DNA from: a virus
Lineage: Duplodnaviria; Caudoviricetes
DNA length: 64,000 nucleotides
Direction: 5' to 3' (one strand)
Virus record (IMG/VR): IMGVR_UViG_3300024346_000005
Shown: positions 26,027-38,300 of the stretch, in pieces
Position numbering within the stretch: the first letter of the stretch is position 1
How the letters are laid out: the number at the start of each line of letters is the position of its first letter
The notes under the pieces: model-generated
Seen by the model: only the letters and a program-made list of their open reading frames with translations
The model's database searches: none
What the model was told of the DNA's origin: nothing
Translations under genes and position numbers: made by a program

Positions 26027-28921
26027 ATGTCAACTCCCATAAGGATTAAAAGATCTGCTGTGCCTGGCAAAAGGCCAACAGCAGGTCAACTCTTAAGTGC
26101 TGAATTAGCATACAATACTTATGATGGCGAACTGACTGCCAAGAGAGAGCGTCCTGGAATAGGTACGGATATTATCCGCATTGGTGCCGGAACAACAGTT
26201 ACAAATATCATTTATGTCACAAAAGACGGAAACGACACAAACACAGGACTCAAACTTGGAGATGCCAAAAAAACAATCGGAGCAGCACTCACACAGGCAA
26301 CAACAGGATCAGTTATTAAAGTTAGTGCCGGAACTTATATAGAAAATAATCCCCTAACCATTCCAGAACAAGTCTCAGTTGTCGGTGATAGTTTAAGAGA
26401 AGTATCGGTATCACCACAAAACCCAGATAAAGATTTGTTCTATGTAGAAAATGGGGTTTATGTTGCAGAGATGTCTTATACAGGAACGATGGATCCTGGT
26501 GGGGCAATATTTTCTTTTAATCCAGATCAAATAGGATATTTCGACCAATCACCTTATGTTCAGAACGGAACCAATTTTATTCCCGGAAGTATTGGAATGA
26601 GAATTGATGGTTCTAAGGCAATTGGACCAACTAAGAGTATGGTTCTTGACTCTTATACTCAATACAATCAAGGTGGTATTGGAATCTCAATTACGAATGA
26701 GGGATATGCACAGTTAGTTTCTCTCTTTACAATTTGTAGTGATATTGCAGTGTTCTGTGGAACAGGTGCTGCTTGTGATCTTACAAACTCTAACTCATCA
26801 TTCGGCACTTACGGATTAGTTGCCGATGGTGTAGGTCCTCTTAAATATACCGGAATCATTACAGGTTCTCCATCATCAATAAATGATGATACTTTTACGG
26901 TAGATTTAAGTGTTCCGACTCTCAATATTACAAATGCACTTTATGATAATACAACTGGTCTTTTAACCGCATACACAAGTACCCCTCATCAATTCTCAGT
27001 TGGAATGGGAATCACTCTTGCCGGACTTGGATTTACTTGTCCTTATGAACCAGGAATTAGATACTATCCAAGTGGTCAAAATGGATATGTATTTGATACA
27101 AAGACTGTTGCACCTGGAAGATATTATGATGCTTATAATTTGATACAGGCAAACAAGCAGGAGATTCAGGATAAGTCTCTGGCAGCAATTGCAATCAATC
27201 ATCCCGATTTTTATTTTCCTGGTGATTCGCAAACAAATTCTAGATCTAGGTATTATGATTCTTATCGCCTGATTCAAAATAATAGGAGTGTAATTGTTGG
27301 AACTGCCTGGACGAATACTTATAATGTTTATCCGGGCATTTCAACCACAATGGATAAGTGCAAAAGGGATATTGGATATTTTGTTGATGCAGTTTCCACA
27401 GATGTTTTCACTGGCGGCAATCATTATGTTAGGGAATTTGTAAGACAATATTTTAATGCAAATGGAAATCCTATTAGTAATGGATTGGTTGGTGAAGTAA
27501 ATGAATCCATTTATGCTTTTAATCAGTCAAGAAATTTAATGAAACAGGCAATTACAAATTCTCTTGTAGGTGCTGCTTATTCTGATTTAACAATTTCGAC
27601 AGGAACTTCTACTTATAATGGTGGAGGTACTACTTATGCAAATACTGATCCTTTGGCATGTTCTGATGTTCAATCTAATATTGATAATCTAGTCGGTATT
27701 GTTACGACAGTTATTGGTGCCGGAAGTTTGATAAGTATTTCTAGTTCTGATAATTACGGAACATTTACAACAGGTGGAAACAAGTGCTATAGAGATATTG
27801 GATACTTGGTCGATGCAGTTTCTCTAGATGTAAGAGACTATACGAATAAAAATACTCGTAATTTTATTAAAGGATACTTTAATATAAATGGTGATCCTTT
27901 AATAAATGGACTTGTAGGGGAAGTTGCAGAATCCATTTCAGCATTTAATGGAGTTAGAGATTATTCCAAAAAAGCAATTACGAACCAGTTGAATGCTCAG
28001 GACCTAACTATTGTCGGAGATCCTACAAATACTGATCCTGCATCTTGTGCAAATGTTCAGACATTTATTGATAATCTTATTGGTGCAGTTACTTCTAGTT
28101 CTGTTGGAGTTGCCACAAGTAAATTGAATCTAACGGCAGTTTCGATGGCAAGCACCGTATTTACTTGCAATATTGGTATTGCTACTCAAGCACATTATTA
28201 TAATTCTGGCGGAACCGCAAAGATTAGTGTCATTCGTCCTTTTGATGGCCAGATAATTTATTTTGGTGATTTATATTATACAGTCTCTAAGATTATAGTT
28301 GGATCTGGAGGAACCGGATATACCTCTCAACCAACAGTTACGATTGCAGACCCTGATACAAGTTGGGGAGTCACGGCACAAGCAGTATCAAATATTTCTA
28401 ATGGTTCAGTAACCAGTTTTGATCTTATCTCAAGTGGTAGGGGATATACGTCAGTTCCTAAGGTTACAATTAGTTCGCCTGATGTTGGGATAAATACAGC
28501 AACGGCAACGACAATTTTATTACAATCTTATTATCCAATTCTTAGTTCGTCTCCAATCTCTGCCGGAATCTGCACAGTTACTATCAGTGAAAACATTCCT
28601 TATGTAGTAAGCCCCGGAACAGAAGTTCCATTTTATAAGCAAAGTAGAGTTCTTGCATCTGGTCATTCATTTGAGTATATTGGTTCTGGAAATGAAATTG
28701 CAAAAGCACTACCGGCAACCGGTGGAGTTGCAATTCAAGATAATGAAGTTGATATTAGAAATGGTGGATTGGTTGTTTATACCAGCACTGATCAGTCTGG
28801 TAACTTTAGGATTGGTGAAGGTGTTGTGGTGAATCAACAATCGGGAACTATTTCTGGATCATTCTATTCTAAGAGTTTATTTTCAACCGTAACACCATTC
28901 ATTCTAGCACTAGGAGGATAA
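26027..28921 (+). CDS. large virion structural / tail-associated protein with internal duplications
   Basis: MSTPIRIKRSAVPGKRPT start, YVTKDGNDTNTG parallel beta-helix-type segment, duplicated RYYD...LIQ and KCxRDIGYxVDAVS blocks. Confidence 0.7.
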   Translation: MSTPIRIKRSAVPGKRPTAGQLLSAELAYNTYDGELTAKRERPGIGTDIIRIGAGTTVTNIIYVTKDGNDTNTGLKLGDAKKTIGAALTQATTGSVIKVSAGTYIENNPLTIPEQVSVVGDSLREVSVSPQNPDKDLFYVENGVYVAEMSYTGTMDPGGAIFSFNPDQIGYFDQSPYVQNGTNFIPGSIGMRIDGSKAIGPTKSMVLDSYTQYNQGGIGISITNEGYAQLVSLFTICSDIAVFCGTGAACDLTNSNSSFGTYGLVADGVGPLKYTGIITGSPSSINDDTFTVDLSVPTLNITNALYDNTTGLLTAYTSTPHQFSVGMGITLAGLGFTCPYEPGIRYYPSGQNGYVFDTKTVAPGRYYDAYNLIQANKQEIQDKSLAAIAINHPDFYFPGDSQTNSRSRYYDSYRLIQNNRSVIVGTAWTNTYNVYPGISTTMDKCKRDIGYFVDAVSTDVFTGGNHYVREFVRQYFNANGNPISNGLVGEVNESIYAFNQSRNLMKQAITNSLVGAAYSDLTISTGTSTYNGGGTTYANTDPLACSDVQSNIDNLVGIVTTVIGAGSLISISSSDNYGTFTTGGNKCYRDIGYLVDAVSLDVRDYTNKNTRNFIKGYFNINGDPLINGLVGEVAESISAFNGVRDYSKKAITNQLNAQDLTIVGDPTNTDPASCANVQTFIDNLIGAVTSSSVGVATSKLNLTAVSMASTVFTCNIGIATQAHYYNSGGTAKISVIRPFDGQIIYFGDLYYTVSKIIVGSGGTGYTSQPTVTIADPDTSWGVTAQAVSNISNGSVTSFDLISSGRGYTSVPKVTISSPDVGINTATATTILLQSYYPILSSSPISAGICTVTISENIPYVVSPGTEVPFYKQSRVLASGHSFEYIGSGNEIAKALPATGGVAIQDNEVDIRNGGLVVYTSTDQSGNFRIGEGVVVNQQSGTISGSFYSKSLFSTVTPFILALGG

Positions 28922-28927
28922 TTAAAA

Positions 28928-29269
28928 ATGGCATTACCATTAAATGTATTCAAGACAGTTACAAAAGTAGCAACAACAAATCCAGTCGGTATTTATACGG
29001 CACCTGTTGGATATACTGGTGTTGTGCTTTTGGCACAAATTGCAAATGTTGATTCTAATACTCATACAATTTCATTTTCTCATCGAAGAACGACTGTCGG
29101 TATTGCAGTTACCACTGAAATCGTAAAACAATTTCCTGTTCAAGGAAATGATTCTGTTTCTTTAATTCAAGGAAAACTGACTTTAGAATCTGGTGATGTT
29201 CTTGTTTTATCTGCAAGTAACAGTTCTAATATTAAATTTATTGGAAGCATTCTAGAGACACTCAACTAA
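28928..29269 (+). CDS. small virion-associated protein
   Basis: beta-rich 113 aa, GKLTLESGDVL; GGAGG RBS. Confidence 0.65.
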   Translation: MALPLNVFKTVTKVATTNPVGIYTAPVGYTGVVLLAQIANVDSNTHTISFSHRRTTVGIAVTTEIVKQFPVQGNDSVSLIQGKLTLESGDVLVLSASNSSNIKFIGSILETLN

Positions 29270-29270
29270 A

Positions 29271-31262
29271 ATGGCAAAATATATTAGCGACCGCCAAAGA
29301 AATCTTAAGATTGGTATTACTTCTTATACTGAAAATTTAACAGTATTGGAAGTTACTGGTGGTGCTTATATTTCCAGTTATGTTGGAATAGGAACTACAA
29401 ATCCAACACAATCTCTACACATTCAGGGTAGTGCAAGACTTACTGGTGCCCTTTATGATAGTACTAATGTAGCAGGAAATTCGGGTCAGGTACTTCAAAC
29501 AACTGGTAGCGGTATTATATGGTCTAATGCTTCTGATGTTGGTATATTAACTTATGTCGATAGATCTGGTATAGCAACCTTTGCAACCAATGCCGGTATA
29601 GCAACCTTTGCTACTAGTGCCGGTATAGCAACTTATGCTGATAGAGCTGGTATAGCAACCTATGCTGATAGAGCTGGTATAGCAACCTTTGCAACTAGTG
29701 CCGGTATATCAACCTTTGCAACCAATGCTGGTATATCAACCTTTGCTACTATTGCCGGTATAGCAACCTTTGCAACCAATGCTGGTATATCAACCTTTGC
29801 TGATAGAGCTGGTATAGCAACCTTTGCAACCAATGCTGGTATAGCAACCTTTGCTACTAATGCCGGTATAGCAACCTTTGCAACCAATGCTGGTATATCA
29901 ACCTTTGCTACTAATGCCGGTATAGCAACCTTTGCAACCAATGCTGGTATATCAACCTTTGCAACCAATGCTGGTATATCAACCTTTGCAACCAATGCTG
30001 GTATATCAACCTTTGCAACTATTGCCGGTATATCAACCTTTGCAACTATTGCCGGTATATCAACCTTTACATCAGAATGGATTTTAGGTGCTGTTGGAAG
30101 TTCAGATTACACCTTCACTGGACCTGGATTTACTGGTGCAGAATCTGATCCAGTATTATATTTGGTAAGGGGACAACAATATAAGTTTACGAATACAATG
30201 GGTGCTCATCCATTTAGGATTCAAAGCACTCCAAATGGTTCTGTTGGAACTCAATACGATGATGGTATTCCAAGCAATAATATCTCTAACGGAACACTAA
30301 CTTGGAATGTTCAATTTGATGCACCGGGTATTCTGTATTATCAATGCACTGCTCACGGATCTATGGGTGGTAAGATTTATATTATTGATGCTGGTATAGG
30401 ACCTGATGTAAGCGTTAATACTACTGGAATTATTACGGCATCAAGTTTTGTTGGTAACGCTTCGAGTGCTACCTTTGCAACCAATGCCGGTATAGCAACT
30501 TATGCTGATAGAGCTGGTATAGCAACCTTTGCTACTAATGCTGGTATAGCAACTTATGCTGATAGAGCTGGTATAGCAACCTTTGCTACTAATGCCGGTA
30601 TATCAACCTTTGCAACCAATGCCGGAGTTTCTACATCGGTCATAGGCGGTATTGGTTCCATTACGGGACTTTATGTATCTGGAATTAGTACATTAGGAAC
30701 AGTACTAATTTCTTCTGGTATTGTAACTGCCACCATAGGTATCGTAACTTATTATGGTGATGGTTCTAAATTAATTAATATTAATGCATCATCTATTACC
30801 GGAACACTTGATTATGCCAATAATTCTGGAGTTTCTACATCGGTCATAGGCGGTATTGGTTCCATTACGGGACTTTATGTATCTGGAATTAGTACATTAG
30901 GAACAGTACTAATTTCTTCTGGTATTGTAACTGCCACCATAGGTATCGTAACTTATTATGGTGATGGTTCTAAACTAACTGGAATACAGACTTCTGGTGT
31001 GGTGTCAGTAATCAATCAAGATCCAAATACTCCTATAGTATATCCAACACTAGTAAATAGTGTTGGAGTATCAAGTCTTGGTATTTCTACAACTAAATTG
31101 TCGTTTATTCCTTCTAGCGGAAAACTTGGATTGGGGACAGTAACACCAAGAGAAAATCTTGATGTAATTGGAACTATTGGTATTCAATCTGCCGGTACTT
31201 CTAATCGTTTTTATCTTCAACATAATTCATCCGAAAATTCACTTGATTTTATATTTGTATGA
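29271..31262 (+). CDS. tail fibre-like protein with 9-aa tandem repeats and a small Cys/His beta-domain
   Basis: (ATFATNAGI)n; LYLVRGQQYKF...HPF...LYYQCTAHGSMGG. Confidence 0.75.
   Translation: MAKYISDRQRNLKIGITSYTENLTVLEVTGGAYISSYVGIGTTNPTQSLHIQGSARLTGALYDSTNVAGNSGQVLQTTGSGIIWSNASDVGILTYVDRSGIATFATNAGIATFATSAGIATYADRAGIATYADRAGIATFATSAGISTFATNAGISTFATIAGIATFATNAGISTFADRAGIATFATNAGIATFATNAGIATFATNAGISTFATNAGIATFATNAGISTFATNAGISTFATNAGISTFATIAGISTFATIAGISTFTSEWILGAVGSSDYTFTGPGFTGAESDPVLYLVRGQQYKFTNTMGAHPFRIQSTPNGSVGTQYDDGIPSNNISNGTLTWNVQFDAPGILYYQCTAHGSMGGKIYIIDAGIGPDVSVNTTGIITASSFVGNASSATFATNAGIATYADRAGIATFATNAGIATYADRAGIATFATNAGISTFATNAGVSTSVIGGIGSITGLYVSGISTLGTVLISSGIVTATIGIVTYYGDGSKLININASSITGTLDYANNSGVSTSVIGGIGSITGLYVSGISTLGTVLISSGIVTATIGIVTYYGDGSKLTGIQTSGVVSVINQDPNTPIVYPTLVNSVGVSSLGISTTKLSFIPSSGKLGLGTVTPRENLDVIGTIGIQSAGTSNRFYLQHNSSENSLDFIFV
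29565..30070 (+). repeat. 27-nt tandem repeat array (about 18 units), second array at about 30465-30625
   Basis: Unit GC(T/C)GGTATA(G/T)CAACCTTTGC(A/T)AC(C/T)AAT encoding AGIATFATN. Confidence 0.9.
30624..30974 (+). repeat. 147-bp direct duplication (30624-30770 and 30828-30974)
   Basis: GGAGTTTCTACATCGGTC...GATGGTTCTAAA occurs twice, apparently identical. Confidence 0.85.
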
Positions 31263-32311
31263 TTAATACCGTAGGAAGACTAAAATCTAATGGGGTAATG
31301 CAAGTTTATGATATAATTGATGAACTTTCTTATCCAGATAAAAATGTTGGAATCACCACAAATGGAATATTGTACGCATCCTTATTTGATGAAAACGTAT
31401 CTTCCAACATGCAATCTAATACTCCATTAAGAATCACGGGTGATAGAAAAGTATTAGTATATAATTATTTTGATGAAAGAACATTATCTCTTAACAATGA
31501 TATATTTGCTAGTTTGATATCCTTATCGTATTCTTTAAATGCAATTACTTCAGTTACTAATACTGATTTTAAAAACGTTCAAAGTACAATTCAATCATCT
31601 AATCCAGCATTTAATGTTTTTGCCGTAGCAACAAAAAATAATAATTCCGAAGAACTTCAAGGTAATAGTAGTTCAACTGGAAAATATAGTTTTACCGGTA
31701 CTGGATTTGTATATAATAGTTCTAATTCTAATTTTCTTTCTACTGGAAATGAAATTATAGATATGAATACTGGAATAAATTATGGATTGCCTGAAATTGA
31801 CGGAAAAAAGTGGATGGCAGCAGCAATATATGATGGAACAACAAATGGATTTCGTGGTATTTTATTGTGGGTATTTACAAATGATACGATTGATATTTTA
31901 AACAATATAGAAATTGATGGAAAAAAAGTAACTTCTACCAGAACTATTTTTTATCCAACATTAAATCCATTGGAATATATGAGTGTATATCAAGTTGTAA
32001 TTGGTCGGGAAGGAAATATTATAGAATTTGATACGACCGGAAATGCCGGATGGGGATATAGTAATAATCAAAATCCTACTGTTACGGGATATCATCTTTC
32101 AACAAATTTTTCTTTTGATGATGGATTATGGGCCTTTATTCTTGGCGAAAAAACTGACGGTAATGATGGACCTACGTATAAAACAACAAATGGATATGGA
32201 TTTGGTAATTATAATCAAACTGATTCAAGTTCTTCCTTGTATTGGGAAGGATCAAATGTTGCAACTTCTAATTATGTTGGGTTTATATTTACCGGTGATT
32301 CTCAAATTTAA
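31259..32311 (+). CDS. hypothetical tail-associated protein
   Basis: ORF track, 350 aa; ATGA overlap. Confidence 0.65.
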   Translation: MINTVGRLKSNGVMQVYDIIDELSYPDKNVGITTNGILYASLFDENVSSNMQSNTPLRITGDRKVLVYNYFDERTLSLNNDIFASLISLSYSLNAITSVTNTDFKNVQSTIQSSNPAFNVFAVATKNNNSEELQGNSSSTGKYSFTGTGFVYNSSNSNFLSTGNEIIDMNTGINYGLPEIDGKKWMAAAIYDGTTNGFRGILLWVFTNDTIDILNNIEIDGKKVTSTRTIFYPTLNPLEYMSVYQVVIGREGNIIEFDTTGNAGWGYSNNQNPTVTGYHLSTNFSFDDGLWAFILGEKTDGNDGPTYKTTNGYGFGNYNQTDSSSSLYWEGSNVATSNYVGFIFTGDSQI

Positions 32312-32342
32312 ATCAATAAATAGACTTATATAGGCATAAAGG

Positions 32343-35300
32343 ATGGCACTTTTAAAAGCTAATACTGGCATAGGAATTACTAATCCAAGCGAGGCTCTGC
32401 ACGTTATTGGTAATGGATTGTTTGTTGGTATAGTTAGTGCCACATCATTTATTGGAAATTTATCTGGAACTGCAACAAGTGCTATAAATCTTGTTGGGGG
32501 AGAACAAGGATCGGTTCCATACCAATCTTCAACTAATTTAACAACATTTTTATCTCCAGGATCTGCCGGTAATGTTTTAGTTACGAATGGTGTAGGTCAA
32601 AATCCCACCTGGTTGTCTCCAAGTGCATTATCTGGTGCCTTCAATGGTGTTACAATTAAAGATGAGGGTTCCATTATTGGGTCTCCAGATACTATTAGAT
32701 CCATAAACTTTGTTGGTCCTAATGTTGTAGCAACCGCATCAGGCGTCGGTGCCACGATTACACTTTCTAATGATGCACAATATCTAACAGGAACTGCTCC
32801 CGGAAGTGTTATTTCACAGTCCTCTGGATTTAATGTTACTGGTAATGTTACTATTTCTGGAAATCTAAGTGTTGGTGGAACTTCCGTAATCTTAAATGCT
32901 GCCACACTTCAAATTAAAGATAAAGATATTGTTGCTGGCATTACGACTAATGCATTAGGGCAGGATGTTTCTACTGATTTTACGGCAAATCACGGTGGTA
33001 TTGCAATTGCATCCACTGAAGGAAGTCCATTATTTGATATTAATGCTGGAGTTGGTACTGATAATATTCCAAGCACATATAAGCAAATTATGTGGTTGAA
33101 GTCTGGTTCTTTTACTGGACTGAATACTGATGCTTGGTTATTTAATTATGCTGTTGGTGTTGGTACTAATCAAATCCCAAATGGAGTCAGATTTGCTGCT
33201 GGTAATGTCCAATTCACACAAAATGATTTAGTATCTGTAAGAAATATTAATGCCTCTGGTGTTATAACTGCAACTCAATTTGTCGGTTCTCTTTCTGGTA
33301 ATGTTACAAGTGCAGATTATGCCACAAGATCAGGTATAGCAACTTATGCAACTAATGCCGGTATTGCTACTAATGCAGGAATTTCTACGAATGTAATCGG
33401 TGGCATTGCTTCCGTAACTTCATTGTCAGTATCTGGCATTAGCACACTTGGAACAGTTAGGATTTCTTCTGGTATTGTAAGTGCAACTACTGGCATTGTT
33501 ACTTATTATGGTGATGGTTCGGGTCTTACTAATATCAACATAGGATCCATTTCTGGTGCAATTGCCGGTATTACTATTCGTGATGAGGGGGTAATAGTAG
33601 GAACATCAAGTAGTGTTACGAGTGTAAACTTTGTTGGTGGTAATGTTGTTGCAACCGCATCGGGTGCTAATGCCACAATTACGATTGCTGATAATCTTGT
33701 AGGAACTGCATTAAGTATTTCTGGTATCTCTACATTCACCAACGGACCAGTATTGATTGGTTCTGGAACTTCAACCGGAACTTTATCACAACCACTACAA
33801 GTTACTGGTGGTGCTTATGTTTCTGGTAATCTTGGAGTTGGAACCACAAATCCAACCTCAAAATTTCACATTATTGGAAATGGATTAGTCAGTGGTGTTA
33901 TAACCGCAACAACATTCTTTGGTAACTTAACTGGTTATGCTTCAACGGCAGGTATAGCAACTTATGCTGATAGAGCTGGTATATCAACCTTTGCAACTAA
34001 TGCAGGTATAGCGACTTATGCCACTAATGCCGGTATAGCAACTTATGCTGATAGATCTGGTATATCAACCTTTGCAACCAATGCTGGTATAGCAACCTAT
34101 GCGACCAATGCTGGTATTGCCACAAATGTTATAGGTGGTATTGGTTCTATTACACAACTTCAAGTCACCGGTATCTCAACTTTTACCAACGGACCCATTT
34201 TAGTTGGTTCTGCAACCTCCACAGGAACCTCAGCACAAAGACTTCAGGTTACTGGTGGTGGTTATGTTTCTGGTTCTGTCGGAATAGGAACCACAAATCC
34301 AACCTCAAAACTTCAGGTTCAGGGTGATGTATCTATTGCAAGTACGGTTGGAATTGGTACTGTAATTGATATTGTTCCTTATGATACTCTCAATTCTGGT
34401 ACTTTATCTTTTGAGGGTTCTGCTGGTCAGTTATTCTCCATTACAAATAACCTGACTTCTGGAAGTATCTTCTCTGTGAATGATGTTTCTGGTATTCCAA
34501 GCATTGATGTTGATGCTAATGGAACCGTAAGTTTAGTTGCCTATGGTGGTAATGTTGCAATTGGTTCCACTGGTCTTACAGGAACCGCATCACAAAAACT
34601 TCAAGTAACTGGTGGTGGTTATGTAAGTGGTTCATTGGGTATTGGAACCACAAATCCATCACAATCCTTACACGTTCAGGGTAATGTAAGAGTTACCGGA
34701 GCACTTTATGATGGTACTAATCTAACAGGAAGTTCAGGGCAAATCTTATCATCAACTGGATCTGCTATTTCTTGGATCAATGCAAGTTCGGCAAATGTAG
34801 GATCCGCAAACTCCATAGCAATTGCTGTAGACTCTACAAATGCTTCAAGATACTTAACTTTTGTTAGTACCACTTCTGGTAATAATTTAGTTTATGTGAA
34901 TAGTAGTCTACTTTTTAATCCTTCAACTGGCGATGCTTCTGTTAATGGTCTCACAATTGGTAAAGGAACTGGAAGTGTAAGTAGCAACACTGCACTTGGT
35001 TATCAGGCACTTTTAAGTAATACTACTGGAATCCAAAACACTGCTACTGGATTTAGAGCACTCTACTTAAACACCATTGGAAACAATAATACTGCTAATG
35101 GGTATGCAGCACTTTATTATAATACCACTGGGCAATACAACACTGCTACTGGATTCCAAGCACTACATGCCAACACCACTGCATCATTCAACACTGCTAC
35201 TGGTTGGCAGGCACTCCGTTTTAACACCACTGGAGTTAGGAACACTGCTAATGGATATGCAGCACTTTATTATAATACCACTGGGCAATACAACACTGCT

Positions 35301-38300
35301 ACTGGATTTTATGCACTATTCTCCAACACCACTGGACAAAATAATACTGCTACCGGAGTTCAAGCACTCTATATAAACACCACTGGAATCCATAATGTTG
35401 CTAATGGTCTATATGCTCTATATGCAAATACCACTGGCAACTACAACACTGCTAATGGTTCAAGTGCCCTTGAAGCCAACACCACTGGAACCAATAATAC
35501 TGCTACTGGGTTTGGAGCACTCTACTCCAACACCACTGGAACCAACAACACTGCTACTGGATATGCAGCACTCTACTCCAACACCACTGGATTCTATAAC
35601 ACTGCTAATGGAGTAAGTGCACTTTATGCTAATACCACTGGAACCCAAAATACTGCTACTGGTTACCAAGCACTCCAAAACAACACCATTGGAGTCCAAA
35701 ATACTGCTAATGGATATAGGGCACTCCGTGCCAACACCACTGGAATCAACAATACTGCTACTGGACAACAAGCACTCTTCTCCAACACCACTGGTGGCGG
35801 CAACACTGCTAATGGATACAGAGCACTCTTCTACAACACCACTGGCGCCAGCAACACTGCTACTGGAGTAAATGCACTCCGAGACAACACCACGTCCAGC
35901 GGCCACACTGCTACTGGAGTAAATGCACTCTATGCTAACACCACTGGAACCAGTAACACTGCTAATGGATATGCAGCACTTCGTTTCAACACCACTGGAA
36001 CCAACAATACTGCTAACGGATATCAAGCACTCCGTGCCAACACCACTGGAATCTTTAACACTGCTACTGGATTCCAAGCACTCTATGCCAACACCACTGG
36101 AGTCAACAATACTGCTACTGGATCTAATGCACTCTTCTCCAACACTACTGGAACCCAAAACACTGCTAATGGATATAGAGCACTTCTTTCTAACACCACC
36201 GGTAACTTCAACAGTGCTTATGGACATCAAGCACTCACAAACAACACCACTGGAGTCAACAATACTGCTACTGGAACAGGTGCTCTTCAATCCAACACCA
36301 TTGGAGGCAGTAACACTGCTAATGGAGTAAGTGCTCTTCAATCAAACACCACTGGAAGCTACAACACTGCTAATGGAGTAAATGCACTCTATAGCAACAC
36401 CACTGGAACCAACAACACTGCTACTGGATTCCAAGCACTATACTCCAACACCACTGGAATCCAAAACACTGCTACTGGATTTGATTCTCTCAGAGCCAAC
36501 ACCACTGGATCCAATAATACTGCTAATGGATATAGAGCACTCTACTCCAACACCACTGGAACCAACAACACTGCTACTGGATTCCAATCCCTCGCCTCCA
36601 ACACCACTGGAATCAACAATACTGCTACTGGATACAGGGCACTTTTTTCCAACACCACTGGAATCTACAACACTGCTAATGGATATGCAGCACTCAATGC
36701 CAACACCACTGGAATCAACAATACTGCTACTGGATATAATGCCCTCGTCTCCAACACCACTGGGTCCAACAACACTGCTAATGGATATCGAGCACTCACA
36801 AACAACACCACTGGAACCAACAACACTGCTACTGGATATCAAGCACTCTCCTCTAACACCACTGGATCCAACAACACTGCTAATGGATATAGAACACTCT
36901 TCTCCAACACCACTGGAACCAACAATACTGCTACTGGATATGCAGCACTCTATGGCAACACTATTGGAAGTGCCAACAATGCTAATGGATATAAAGCACT
37001 TCAAGCAAATACCACTGGAGCAAACAACACTGCTACTGGAACAGTGGCACTCTACTCCAATACCACTGGATCCAACAACACTGCTACTGGTTATTATGCA
37101 CTCTTCTCTAATACCACTGGAACTGTAAACACTGCTAATGGCATCCAATCCCTCCAAAACAACACCACTGGAATCCAAAACACTGCTACTGGTGCAGTAG
37201 CACTCTTCTCCAACACCACTGGATCCAACAACACTGCTAATGGATATTATGCACTTGCCGGTAACACCACTGGATCCAACAACACTGCTACTGGGTGGAA
37301 AGCACTTACTGCCAACACCATTGGAATCCAAAACACTGCTAATGGAGTAAATGCACTTGCTGCCAACACCACTGGAACCCAAAACACTGCTAATGGATAT
37401 AGAGCACTTCTTTCTAACACCACCGGTAACTTCAACAGTGCTTATGGACATCAAGCACTCACAAACAACACCACTGGAACCAACAATACTGCTACTGGAA
37501 CAGGTGCTCTTCAATCCAACACCACTGGAATCCAAAACACTGCTAATGGAGTTCAAGCACTCCTCTCCAACACCACTGGAATCTATAATACTGCTAATGG
37601 TTATAGAGCACTCGTCTCCAACACCACTGGCGGCAACAACACTGCTACTGGAACTGCAGCACTATATTCCAACACCACTGGCGGCAACAACACTGCTAAT
37701 GGATATAGAGCACTTCTTTCTAACACCACCGGTAACGTCAACAGTGCTTATGGACATCAAGCACTCACAAACAACACCACTGGAACCAACAATACTGCTA
37801 CTGGATCAGGTGCTCTTCAATCCAACACCACTGGAATCTATAATACTGCTAATGGTTATAGAGCACTCGTCTCCAACACCACTGGCGGCAACAACACTGC
37901 TACTGGAACTGCAGCACTATATTCCAACACCACTGGAATCCAAAACACTGCTACTGGAGTAAGATCACTTGAATCCAACACCACTGGAAACTACAACACT
38001 GCTACTGGATTCCAAGCACTCTATGCCAACACCACTGGAACCAGCAACACTGCTACTGGATTAGAAGCACTCACCTCTAACACTACTGGGCAACAAAACA
38101 CTGCTACTGGATATTTTGCACTTCGTTTCAATACCACTGGAATTAGAAACACTGCTATTGGATTAAGTGCTGGTTCAAGTATCACAACAGGAAGCAATAA
38201 TACCTTCCTTGGTTATGATGCTCAACCTTCTTCTGCAACAGTATCTAATGAGATTACACTTGGTGATACTGATGTAACTACCTTAAGAGTTCCCGGTCTT

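Noticed and set aside
29565-30070. 27-nt repeat array as a CRISPR array
   Set aside because: Units abut without unique spacers, keep the reading frame, and no cas genes are present. The antisense ORF 29660-29995 is a shadow.
35077-37962. Long alternative-frame and antisense ORFs (35460-36341, 36438-37556, 36382-37128 and others)
   Set aside because: Shadows of the 51-nt repeat in the fibre gene; low-complexity translations with no independent signals.
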